Position numbers and translations under genes: made by a program. A DNA stretch of 50,897 bases from Candidatus Parcubacteria bacterium (GTDB lineage Bacteria; Patescibacteriota; Minisyncoccia; Phycocordibacterales; Zambryskibacteraceae), in contig JAIFWJ010000002.1 of assembly GCA_019661865.1 (NCBI GenBank), positions 1 to 50,897 of the forward strand, written 5' to 3'. Numbering within the stretch: the first letter of the stretch is position 1; every line of letters starts with the position of its first letter. This document shows positions 1 to 7,214 of the stretch, piece after piece. The notes beneath the pieces were generated by a model. The model saw only the letters and a list, made by a program, of their open reading frames with translations. It was not told where the DNA came from and searched no databases.

Positions 1-2
1 CT

Positions 3-161
3 ACGTAGATCATAATCGGTTATCACTCCCTTATTTACCAAGATGTGACCGATACTTATATCTTTCGTCTCAGCTTCCTTGGAGGCCTCTTCTATCTCCT
101 TCTTGGAGACAAGACCGGAGTCCATCATGAAGTTCTTTAACTGAGTTTCATCAATGTGCAT
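3..161 (-). CDS. 5' part of a probable PilB/GspE-family ATPase (N-terminal MshEN-like region), truncated by the window edge
   Basis: Hand translation from ATG at 161: MHIDETQLKNFMMDSGLVSKKEIEEASKEAETKDISIGHILVNKGVITDYDLR. The 'IGHILVNKGVIT' segment resembles the MshEN motif. Not in the ORF track because it is incomplete. Confidence 0.65.
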   Translation of the reverse strand, partial: MHIDETQLKNFMMDSGLVSKKEIEEASKEAETKDISIGHILVNKGVITDYDLR

Positions 162-201
162 GTAACAATAATGTTACCACGCTCCTTGAATAATTTTCTA
201 G

Positions 202-1533
202 TTAAAATTCCTCAAACTTTGGGTTAAGTCCTACCTGTACAGTGGCCTCTGTACATGAACCCTTAACACCATTGGAGTCGGTGACGGTTGCTCGTAATGA
301 CTTTGAGCCGACAGTAGAGTAGCTAGTAGAAAATGGATTAGAAGTTGGAGCTGGAGAAGGTACGTTTGTACCAGACCAAGAATAAGTATATGGAGGAGTG
401 CCACCAGTAGCGTTAGCTGTCCATGTAACAATCTGACCTACTTTCACCACAGGAGAAGAAGGGGTGCAGGTGACGGCTACCGTGTCTGAATTATTGATAA
501 CAAGATTAAACTGAGTGGTTTTATCTAAGGGTGTTCCCCTTACATGAATCATTTGTGTCCCCGTCGGAGCAGACGGTGAAATGGTGAAAGTGATGGTGGA
601 CTGACAATTTGGTGCACAATCTCTTCCCGCTATGGAGTACGAGACTCCTGGTATATCTTCCTCGATAGACAAGTTGACCGACTGGCCTAGGCCGGATAGG
701 AGATTCTTTATAATAGTGTTTTGGACAAAGACATTGCCTGAAGACTTGGAAACGCTTACTGATGACGAGGTTCTATCCAAAGAGTAATTAAATCCAAACG
801 GACCATTAGGGTCAACTGCATACGTGAGGGTAAATCCTGCTTCCTCTCCACCAAAGAGAGCCATGGACGAGCCGAACCCGGTCACGGTGTTAGAGATTGT
901 AGGAGGATATAGATATCCACTTACCACTCCTGGAGTAATAGTATAAATAGTACCCACTGGTGAAGGAGTAACTTGTACTGATCCACTGCCGGAACCAGAA
1001 GCATTCCCTGGAGAAATACTCCAAGCTCCGGTGGTGTTACTAGTAACGGATATGGTAGATGGAGAACTGGTTTCAGGAGTACAAGAACTTATAACAGAGA
1101 CTTCCGGCATGCAGGCATTATTCTTGGAATAATGAGTGTCGGTAATTATTGATCCAGTTTCTCCAACCGGACAACTTTCTGTCGTGGAAGTATCCACCGG
1201 ACAAATACACTCAGTACTATCCAGAAGGTCAGTACACGGATTTGTATCTCCTCCATCACCTCCTCCAGTTCCACCTCCGCCTCCTCCTCCGCCAGAGTCA
1301 CCAGTACAAATATCACATGAGCACCATCCACCACCGCAACTTACATCACCAGTACATGAAGGAGAGCGTCCTTTATCGTATTCATCTGATAAGAAAACTG
1401 TGTGACTACAACTGCTCTGGGCAATGACTGCCGGAGTTGGTTCAAAGACGTATGCTGCCACAATTAGCCCCATGGATAAAACCACGGAGGTTAACATAAG
1501 GTTATTTAAAATATATGCAACAATTTTTTTCAT
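202..1533 (-). CDS. Exported Cys/Gly/Ser/Thr-rich surface protein with Ig-like and C-terminal PKD-like domains
   Basis: N-terminal hydrophobic signal, Cys-rich segment with poly-Gly linker, and 'VTWTANATGGTPPYTYSWSG' PKD-like signature. Confidence 0.75.
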   Translation of the reverse strand: MKKIVAYILNNLMLTSVVLSMGLIVAAYVFEPTPAVIAQSSCSHTVFLSDEYDKGRSPSCTGDVSCGGGWCSCDICTGDSGGGGGGGGTGGGDGGDTNPCTDLLDSTECICPVDTSTTESCPVGETGSIITDTHYSKNNACMPEVSVISSCTPETSSPSTISVTSNTTGAWSISPGNASGSGSGSVQVTPSPVGTIYTITPGVVSGYLYPPTISNTVTGFGSSMALFGGEEAGFTLTYAVDPNGPFGFNYSLDRTSSSVSVSKSSGNVFVQNTIIKNLLSGLGQSVNLSIEEDIPGVSYSIAGRDCAPNCQSTITFTISPSAPTGTQMIHVRGTPLDKTTQFNLVINNSDTVAVTCTPSSPVVKVGQIVTWTANATGGTPPYTYSWSGTNVPSPAPTSNPFSTSYSTVGSKSLRATVTDSNGVKGSCTEATVQVGLNPKFEEF

Positions 1534-2018
1534 TGTATTTCTTTGTCTAATGTAATACGCACTTCAGAAAATGTTGGATTTAGGGACCTAACAACAACGA
1601 AGAGCACTTCCCCTTCTTTCCTAGCTGAAATACTAATTACACCGTTTGCCTCTACACTCTTAGTGTCAGTGAACCCAGCATGCTTGGCATAATTCGTATA
1701 AAGATTGTTTAAAGCATCACGAGAGGTTTTAGTGTTATAAGTAGTAATAGATACTTCAGTATTAAATCCTTTGCTAACCTCGCTCACCACATACTGAGCT
1801 GAGTCTTCAATAACTGCATCCTTGGCTAGAATCATTTCTGGCGGGACATTGGTAGCCAGAGATCCCTTCGGAGCATTCTCCACTACTCGTGTACTGAACC
1901 CATAATTCTTTTTCATTTTTAAATACCAGAAGGCTCCACCCAAAATGATAATGATCACAGCTATAGAAACTAGAAGCTCAGAAACATTTTTATGACTTGA
2001 TGTGGATTGTGGTTCCAT
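1530..2018 (-). CDS. Hypothetical single-pass membrane protein
   Basis: 162 aa with an N-terminal TM helix. 4-bp overlap with the downstream gene. Confidence 0.75.
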   Translation of the reverse strand: MEPQSTSSHKNVSELLVSIAVIIIILGGAFWYLKMKKNYGFSTRVVENAPKGSLATNVPPEMILAKDAVIEDSAQYVVSEVSKGFNTEVSITTYNTKTSRDALNNLYTNYAKHAGFTDTKSVEANGVISISARKEGEVLFVVVRSLNPTFSEVRITLDKEIQ

Positions 2019-2019
2019 G

Positions 2020-2514
2020 TTACCTGTCTAAGAAACTCAACTGTACATAAGTCTTACCCGCCACCGGTGAGAGCACCACCGTGAGCACATCGCTAGTCTT
2101 CTGTCCTCCGACACGAGTCTTGGTCTTATTATCCGTCATGTTCGGATCTACACTGAAGCCAGACTTCACTAAGAAATCTTTATATGTCTGCCAGACTGCT
2201 GCTAGAGAACGACTAGAGGTAAAGCTTATGGAATATTGGATTACGTTTTTATTTGTATAAGATGCTTTGTAACTTTCTGTAACAGCATCAGCGTCTAGAG
2301 GGACGTCTTCTGGGAACCCAGAAGGGATATTGAGAGCTCCAGTATTCCCTACCGCAGATTGGGTAACCTTAACATCTGATCGAGGAGTTGGAGTTTGCCT
2401 AATTCCAGGAAGATTAGGAACCTTAGAGGAATAAAAACCCCAATACCAAATGGCCACAACCATAAGGAAAATGGTTGCTGAAATCACTATGTGTGATTCT
2501 TTATTACTTTCCAT
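2020..2514 (-). CDS. Hypothetical single-pass membrane protein
   Basis: 164 aa with an N-terminal TM helix and 'PSGFPEDVP' motif. 1-bp gap to the next gene. Confidence 0.75.
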   Translation of the reverse strand: MESNKESHIVISATIFLMVVAIWYWGFYSSKVPNLPGIRQTPTPRSDVKVTQSAVGNTGALNIPSGFPEDVPLDADAVTESYKASYTNKNVIQYSISFTSSRSLAAVWQTYKDFLVKSGFSVDPNMTDNKTKTRVGGQKTSDVLTVVLSPVAGKTYVQLSFLDR

Positions 2515-2598
2515 AAAGAAGAGCTAAAAAAAGTATAGCAGAGTTAACTCTTTTAATGTGAAAGTTGTTCACATCCCCGCCCCGTGTATACTGAACCC

Positions 2599-3363
2599 AT
2601 GAAAATACTTTCTTGGAATGTAAATGGCCTAAGAGCGCTCCATAAGAAAGGCCAATTCGACTGGTTGCTTAAAGAAAGTCCAGATATCATCTGTCTACAG
2701 GAAACTAAGTCACAACCGGACCAGCTATCTCCAGAGGTGAGGAATCCAGAAGGTTACCATTCCTACTTCCACTTCCCTACAGTAAAGAAGGGTTACAGCG
2801 GAGTCTCTATATATAGTAAGAAAGAGCCAGAGAAGGTCATAAATGACTTAGGTATAGAGGAAATGGACCAAGAAGGCAGGCTAATACTGGCTGAATTTGA
2901 AGATTTTACCCTTATAAATACATACTTTCCCAATGGAGGAGGAGCACCCGAGAGGCTCGAATATAAACTTGAATTTTACAAGCATTTTCTAGATTTTGTC
3001 GAGAATTTGAGGAAAAAGCAGCCCAATATTGTGTTCTGCGGGGATGTAAATGTAGCTCATAAGCCCATAGATCTAGCTCGGCCTAAGGAGAATGAGACCC
3101 ATGTAGGCTTCCTCCCTATTGAAAGAGAGTGGATGAGCAAGGTAATTCAACATGATTGGATAGACGTATTCCGACATTTCTATCCTGAGAAAATTCAGTA
3201 TACATATTGGGATCAGAAGAGCTTCGCTCGTGAGAGAAATGTAGGCTGGAGAATAGATTATTTTTTTGTTACCCAAGAAATGTTAGACAAGGTAAAGTCC
3301 ATAAGAGTCCTTGATGAAGTCCTGGGCTCCGACCACTGTCCTATTGTCCTGGAGCTGAAATAA
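2599..3363 (+). CDS. xth: Exodeoxyribonuclease III / AP endonuclease
   Basis: MKILSWNVNGLRA, LQETK, GDVNVAH, GWRIDY and SDHCP motifs. Start moved to ATG 2599, 6 nt after TATACT. Confidence 0.97.
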   Translation: MKILSWNVNGLRALHKKGQFDWLLKESPDIICLQETKSQPDQLSPEVRNPEGYHSYFHFPTVKKGYSGVSIYSKKEPEKVINDLGIEEMDQEGRLILAEFEDFTLINTYFPNGGGAPERLEYKLEFYKHFLDFVENLRKKQPNIVFCGDVNVAHKPIDLARPKENETHVGFLPIEREWMSKVIQHDWIDVFRHFYPEKIQYTYWDQKSFARERNVGWRIDYFFVTQEMLDKVKSIRVLDEVLGSDHCPIVLELK

Positions 3364-3373
3364 GAGACAAAAG

Positions 3374-3382
3374 TTATCCACA
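3374..3382 (+). promoter_or_regulatory. Perfect DnaA box
   Basis: TTATCCACA in intergenic DNA. Confidence 0.65.
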
Positions 3383-3391
3383 GTTTTGTAT

Positions 3392-3419
3392 TGGACATTT
3401 TGTCCTTTACATTTACAAT
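3392..3419 (+). promoter_or_regulatory. Sigma70-like promoter
   Basis: TGGACA-16 bp-TACAAT. The -35 overlaps the palindrome GGACATTTTGTCC. Confidence 0.5.
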
Positions 3420-3422
3420 TGA

Positions 3423-3659
3423 CTCCAGACGCTTGAGGAAACTTCTGGCCCTAATCCCCTCTGTGGATTGCGAGAACCCAGATCAAAATCAAGCATTTGT
3501 TTTTTCGAGAGAGGCCACTCTCTGAAAGGTGTGCTGGTTCTAAACCGGCTACGCCCTGGAGCGCTCATCCTCAACTTTATTTTTTGCGATGTAGACCTCC
3601 TGGCTCCCCTTTTTGTTCTGGCACTTACTTTCACCGCTGCGCTTGCGCGGCGGTTTTTT
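3423..3659 (+). ncRNA. Candidate structured non-coding RNA (~235 nt), family unknown
   Basis: Upstream promoter, several stems (TTGAGGA/TCCTCAA, TCTGG/CCAGA, AATCC/GGATT, AGAGAG/CTCTCT, GCTGGTT/AACCGGC), a 3' terminator and no credible ORF. Confidence 0.5.
3633..3659 (+). terminator. Intrinsic terminator
   Basis: ACCGCTGCG-CTTG-CGCGGCGGT hairpin followed by a T tract. Confidence 0.75.
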
Positions 3660-3793
3660 ATTCTATAGAAATCCCTACCTTGAAGACATTTGGTCTTAAT
3701 CTACATTTGTCTCCTATTGCAAACTGTCTTCAAATAATGTTCATAAGGAAAATGGCTTAAAATAAGGCTTTTTTAGATCCTTAAGTACAATTC

Positions 3794-3821
3794 TGTGGAT
3801 AAGTGTGGGGAATGTGTGCAT
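3794..3821 (-). promoter_or_regulatory. DnaA box plus two degenerate tandem boxes
   Basis: TGTGGATAA (perfect, 3794-3802), then TGTGGGGAA and TGTGTGCAT. Confidence 0.6.
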
Positions 3822-3841
3822 TAGAGACAAATGGCCATAAT

Positions 3842-4100
3842 GTTTTCACGTGAAACTTTTATTAATATGTTTTACATGTAACATTAAGCCATGTACTCAG
3901 CAAAGCGTAAGTTCGGCAATATAGGGGAAAATGTGGCTGTAATGTTTCTCGAGAAACGTGGATTCAAAGTTCTGGAGCGTAATTACTTAAGAAAATGGGG
4001 TGAAATAGATATAGTGGCTGAGAAGTCAGATGTTCTACGCTTTATAGAGGTTAAAAGTGTTTCAGGTGAAATAAATAATAGGGAAGTTACACCTGAAACA
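3842..4100. repeat. parS: Cluster of four parS-like palindromes
   Basis: Matches to TGTTNCACGTGAAACA: 3842-3857 GTTTTCACGTGAAACT (13/16), 3943-3958 TGTTTCTCGAGAAACG (13/16), 4058-4073 TGTTTCAGGTGAAATA (14/16), 4085-4100 AGTTACACCTGAAACA (14/16). Confidence 0.65.
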
Positions 4101-4277
4101 GGTTATAGGCCGGAGGAAAACATGCATCCAGGCAAGATTAAGAGGCTCCATAGAGCCATTCAGACTTACTTACTTGAGAAACACCTAGATAAAGACTGGC
4201 AACTTGACCTTATAACTGTAAGGATTGATGAGAAGAATAGGAAAGCCAAAGCAGAAATGCTTGAAAACATCATTTAA
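3891..4277 (+). CDS. yraN: YraN (UPF0102) family nuclease
   Basis: G..GE..A..FL...GF..LERN...WGEIDIV...FIEVK signature. Confidence 0.93.
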   Translation: MYSAKRKFGNIGENVAVMFLEKRGFKVLERNYLRKWGEIDIVAEKSDVLRFIEVKSVSGEINNREVTPETGYRPEENMHPGKIKRLHRAIQTYLLEKHLDKDWQLDLITVRIDEKNRKAKAEMLENII

Positions 4278-4728
4278 CTATATACATGTACCAACGGTAG
4301 TTAGTTCTACCATCTCGGTAGAAGTCGTACCATTTATTTAAAAATTTCTCTTTCTCTATCCGTCTGTCGGCTCCAATCTCTGGATCCATGAGAGTGATAT
4401 GGGTATCGGACATTTCTGAGACAACAGAATAATGTCCGTCATAAGGTTCTTCGTAGTCTGACCACCAGTTTACAAGTACAGGAGTTCCTTCTTGGACAAG
4501 TCTCTCCAGATCTTCCCAAGTTCCCTCAGCTTTGGCCACAACTCTAAATCCGAGACTTTCAGCACCTCTTACAAGATCGCCCGGTTCTGTGCCGAATTCC
4601 TCTGTAGCATTACAAATTTTAACCAATTCTTCCTCGCTTGTATGGTACCCATAGAAGTCTAGTAGGGAGGCGAGGCTAGCTGGTCCGCACATACTGCTGG
4701 ATTGGAGAACTGGTTTAAGTTTTATCAT
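4270..4728 (-). CDS. Stand-alone C39-like cysteine peptidase
   Basis: Q-x4-CGPASL, GHYSVV and LMDP catalytic motifs. Confidence 0.85.
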   Translation of the reverse strand: MIKLKPVLQSSSMCGPASLASLLDFYGYHTSEEELVKICNATEEFGTEPGDLVRGAESLGFRVVAKAEGTWEDLERLVQEGTPVLVNWWSDYEEPYDGHYSVVSEMSDTHITLMDPEIGADRRIEKEKFLNKWYDFYRDGRTNYRWYMYIVK

Positions 4729-4764
4729 TTTGTAATCTTACATCACCATGCTAGGATGCTGAAA

Positions 4765-4835
4765 CGGAGTGTAGTACAGCGGTAGTATACATCCATGGGG
4801 TGGATGCGGCCCGGGTTCAATTCCCGGCAGCCCGA
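4765..4835 (+). tRNA. tRNA-Pro(GGG), acceptor stem with two mismatches, no encoded CCA
   Basis: Anticodon arm CATCC-ATGGGGT-GGATG and T arm CCGGG-TTCAATT-CCCGG. Confidence 0.88.
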
Positions 4836-4874
4836 ATTGAATCGGTCGTTCAAGTTTGCTAGATTTGATCTTAC

Positions 4875-4945
4875 GCGGGATTAGTTTAATGGTAGAATGA
4901 CAGTTTTCCAAACTGTAGGTGGGAGTTCGATTCTCCCATCCCGCA
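4875..4945 (+). tRNA. tRNA-Gly(TCC), no encoded CCA
   Basis: Acceptor GCGGGAT/ATCCCGC, anticodon arm ACAGT-TTTCCAA-ACTGT, T loop TTCGATT. Confidence 0.95.
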
Positions 4946-5095
4946 CAAAATGAAAAAGTTCTGACTTCTGCCAGGGCTTTTTCATTTCTGATGGGAGAAT
5001 CGAACGAGGTGGGGTCGGGAGGAGATTCTCCTCCCGTGGAGGAAGGATTCGGAAAACCGTGGGTTTCCGAGAGGTGAGATATCTCCCATCCCGCA
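4946..5095. mobile_element. 150-bp tRNA-associated hairpin element bounded by a 14-bp direct repeat of the tRNA-Gly 3' end
   Basis: TCTCCCATCCCGCA at 4932-4945 and 5082-5095, an inverted copy of the T arm at 4990-5005, and three internal hairpins. Confidence 0.6.
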
Positions 5096-5148
5096 TAACT
5101 CACTGACTCTCGATTTTTTAGACAGGATAGGCTATTATCTTTTCACTT

Positions 5149-5222
5149 GCGACCATGGTTTAGTGGTAGAACACGTCCTTGCCAAGGATGAGATGGGAGT
5201 TCGATTCTCCCTGGTCGCACCA
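5149..5222 (+). tRNA. tRNA-Gly(GCC) with encoded CCA
   Basis: Acceptor GCGACCA/TGGTCGC, anticodon loop TTGCCAA, ends ACCA. Confidence 0.95.
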
Positions 5223-5251
5223 ACTCGCTTCTCGTGTAGAATTAGATAATT

Positions 5252-5326
5252 GCCCTCATAGCTCAATGGATAGAGTACTTGTCTTCGGAACAAGGGATGT
5301 GGGTTCGATTCCTGCTGGGGGCACCA
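5252..5326 (+). tRNA. tRNA-Arg(TCG) with encoded CCA
   Basis: Acceptor GCCCTCA/TGGGGGC, anticodon arm CTTGT-CTTCGGA-ACAAG, ends ACCA. Confidence 0.95.
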
Positions 5327-5327
5327 T

Positions 5328-6800
5328 ATGACACTTAAGCCAAAATTTAATATCCCCGAAGAGGTGAAGATTATTTCACGCGTCCTTTGGTCTGCCAAGT
5401 TTGAGAACTTTCTTGTCGGAGGATGCGTCCGAGACATCTTGTTGGGAAAAAAGCCCAAGGACTGGGATATCACAACTTCAGCACTTCCTCGAGAGATAGA
5501 AGCCTTATTTGAAAATACATTTTATGAAAATGCATACGGCACTGTCGGAGTGGTAAACGACACAACTACAGATTCAACACTCAAGGTTGTAGAAATTACT
5601 CCGTATCGTACTGAGTCTGGGTACTCAGATTTTCGTCATCCTGATGGAGTAAAGTGGGCTAAGACTCTAGAAGAGGACCTCAAGCGTCGTGACTTCACCA
5701 TAAATGCGCTCGCCTTAGATATAGAAAAAGTAGAATTAATTGATCTCTTCGACGGAGAGAAAGATCTTAAGAAGAATGTTATACGAACAGTTGGAGATCC
5801 GAACGAGCGCTTCACTGAAGATGCACTCCGCATGCTTAGAGCTCTGCGCTTCGCTTCTGAACTCGGCTTCGCTATTGATAGTGATACGCTTCTTGCAATA
5901 GATAAAAATAAAAATCTGCTTGAACATGTTTCTAAAGAGCGCATAAGAGATGAATTCGTGAAGATCATTATGTCCGACAATCCCTCGGTGGCACTCGGAA
6001 TCGCTACACAACTTGGATTACTCCAGTATATTTCTCCGGAATTTGAGAGGGGAGTGGGTATGGAGCAGAACAAGGCACATGCATACACTGTCTGGGAGCA
6101 TTTACTCCGCTCACTTGACCATGCGGCTAAGAAAAATTACCCTCTTCATGTACGCATCGCGGTCCTTCTCCATGATATAGCCAAGCCTCATACACGTAAG
6201 TGGCAGAACGAACAGTGGACTTTCTACGGACACGATGTAGTGGGGGCAAAAGTGACCAAGCAGATTCTCACAGATCTCAAGTTCCCAAAAGAAATTATAG
6301 ACAAGGTGCTGAAGCTCGTGCGCTGGCATATGTTCTTCTCCGACACGGAGACCATTACGCTCTCTGCAGTCCGTCGAATGGTGAGAAACGTTACCCCGGA
6401 GTTAATCTGGGATCTTATGGATGTCCGTGCAGCAGACCGCATCGGCACTGGAAGGCCTAAGGAGAGTCCATACAGACTCAGAAAGTATCACTCCATGATA
6501 GAAGAAGTGATGCGAGATCCCATATCAGTAAAGCAGCTCAAAGTAAGCGGGGGAGATGTCATGAAGATCGCGAGCATTACTCCTGGTCCAAAGATTGGGT
6601 TTATTCTAGAAATTCTTCTTTCAGAAGTTCTAGATGATCCTAAGCGAAATGAAACAGGCTACCTAGAGGAAAGAGTTAAAGAACTTGCAACCCTTCCTGA
6701 AAATGAGCTCAGGAAACAAGGAAGTGAGGCTCGAAGCAGGAATGAAAGTGAGGACGAGAAAGAAAGCGAGGAGATAAAAAAGAAATTCGGAGTGAAATAA
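5328..6800 (+). CDS. cca: CCA-adding tRNA nucleotidyltransferase with HD domain
   Basis: VGGCVRD...KDWDI, RRDFTINA, EDALRMLRALRF and LLHDIAK motifs. Confidence 0.92.
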   Translation: MTLKPKFNIPEEVKIISRVLWSAKFENFLVGGCVRDILLGKKPKDWDITTSALPREIEALFENTFYENAYGTVGVVNDTTTDSTLKVVEITPYRTESGYSDFRHPDGVKWAKTLEEDLKRRDFTINALALDIEKVELIDLFDGEKDLKKNVIRTVGDPNERFTEDALRMLRALRFASELGFAIDSDTLLAIDKNKNLLEHVSKERIRDEFVKIIMSDNPSVALGIATQLGLLQYISPEFERGVGMEQNKAHAYTVWEHLLRSLDHAAKKNYPLHVRIAVLLHDIAKPHTRKWQNEQWTFYGHDVVGAKVTKQILTDLKFPKEIIDKVLKLVRWHMFFSDTETITLSAVRRMVRNVTPELIWDLMDVRAADRIGTGRPKESPYRLRKYHSMIEEVMRDPISVKQLKVSGGDVMKIASITPGPKIGFILEILLSEVLDDPKRNETGYLEERVKELATLPENELRKQGSEARSRNESEDEKESEEIKKKFGVK

Positions 6801-6831
6801 CGAAAAATCCGGGAGTTCCCGGATTTTTCGT
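6800..6831. terminator. Bidirectional terminator between cca and HU
   Basis: ACGAAAAATCCGGGA-GT-TCCCGGATTTTTCGT perfect inverted repeat between convergent genes. Confidence 0.85.
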
Positions 6832-6845
6832 GAGGATAGTTAGTT

Positions 6846-7121
6846 TTATTGTTTAACTGCGTCCTTCAAGCCCTTAGCTGGACGGAATTTAGGGACCCGC
6901 ATCGTGGAAACGTTTATAGGATCACCTGTGCGAGGATTCCTAGCTAGTCTTGCAGCGCGAATCTTGGTTGAGAAGATTCCAAGACCTGCAATAGATACCT
7001 CTCCACCTTTTTTCAAAGTTGAGACGATAGAATCAATCACAATGTCGAGAACTTCCTCAGCTTGCACTTTAGTGCCACCAAGCTTCTCGTGTACTGCATT
7101 TGCAATGTCTGCCTTATTCAT
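6846..7121 (-). CDS. hup: DNA-binding protein HU
   Basis: MNKADIA...GLGIF...ARNPRTG...PKFRPAKGLKDAV. Start moved to ATG 7121. Confidence 0.95.
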   Translation of the reverse strand: MNKADIANAVHEKLGGTKVQAEEVLDIVIDSIVSTLKKGGEVSIAGLGIFSTKIRAARLARNPRTGDPINVSTMRVPKFRPAKGLKDAVKQ

Positions 7122-7214
7122 TTTGCTGATTAATAATATGGATAAACCCACAAATAATTATATACTAGGCCATATTTTAAGCAATACACTAGACCAAGTT
7201 GGAGGTTCGTGTTC

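Noticed and set aside
1248-1295. CCT/CCA/CCG triplet repeat
   Set aside because: It encodes the poly-Gly linker of the surface protein and is not an independent repeat element.
3435-3552. RNase P RNA, suggested by GAGGAAAC and CCGGCT
   Set aside because: The P4 pairing and ACAGAA-type CR-V do not fit, and the span is too short.
3413-3760. Three short ORFs (73, 66 and 87 aa) in the xth-yraN spacer
   Set aside because: Non-ATG starts, no recognisable motifs, and they cross a terminator and RNA-like stems.
4738-5473. Minus-strand ORFs of 121, 71 and 112 aa
   Set aside because: They are antisense shadows of tRNA genes.
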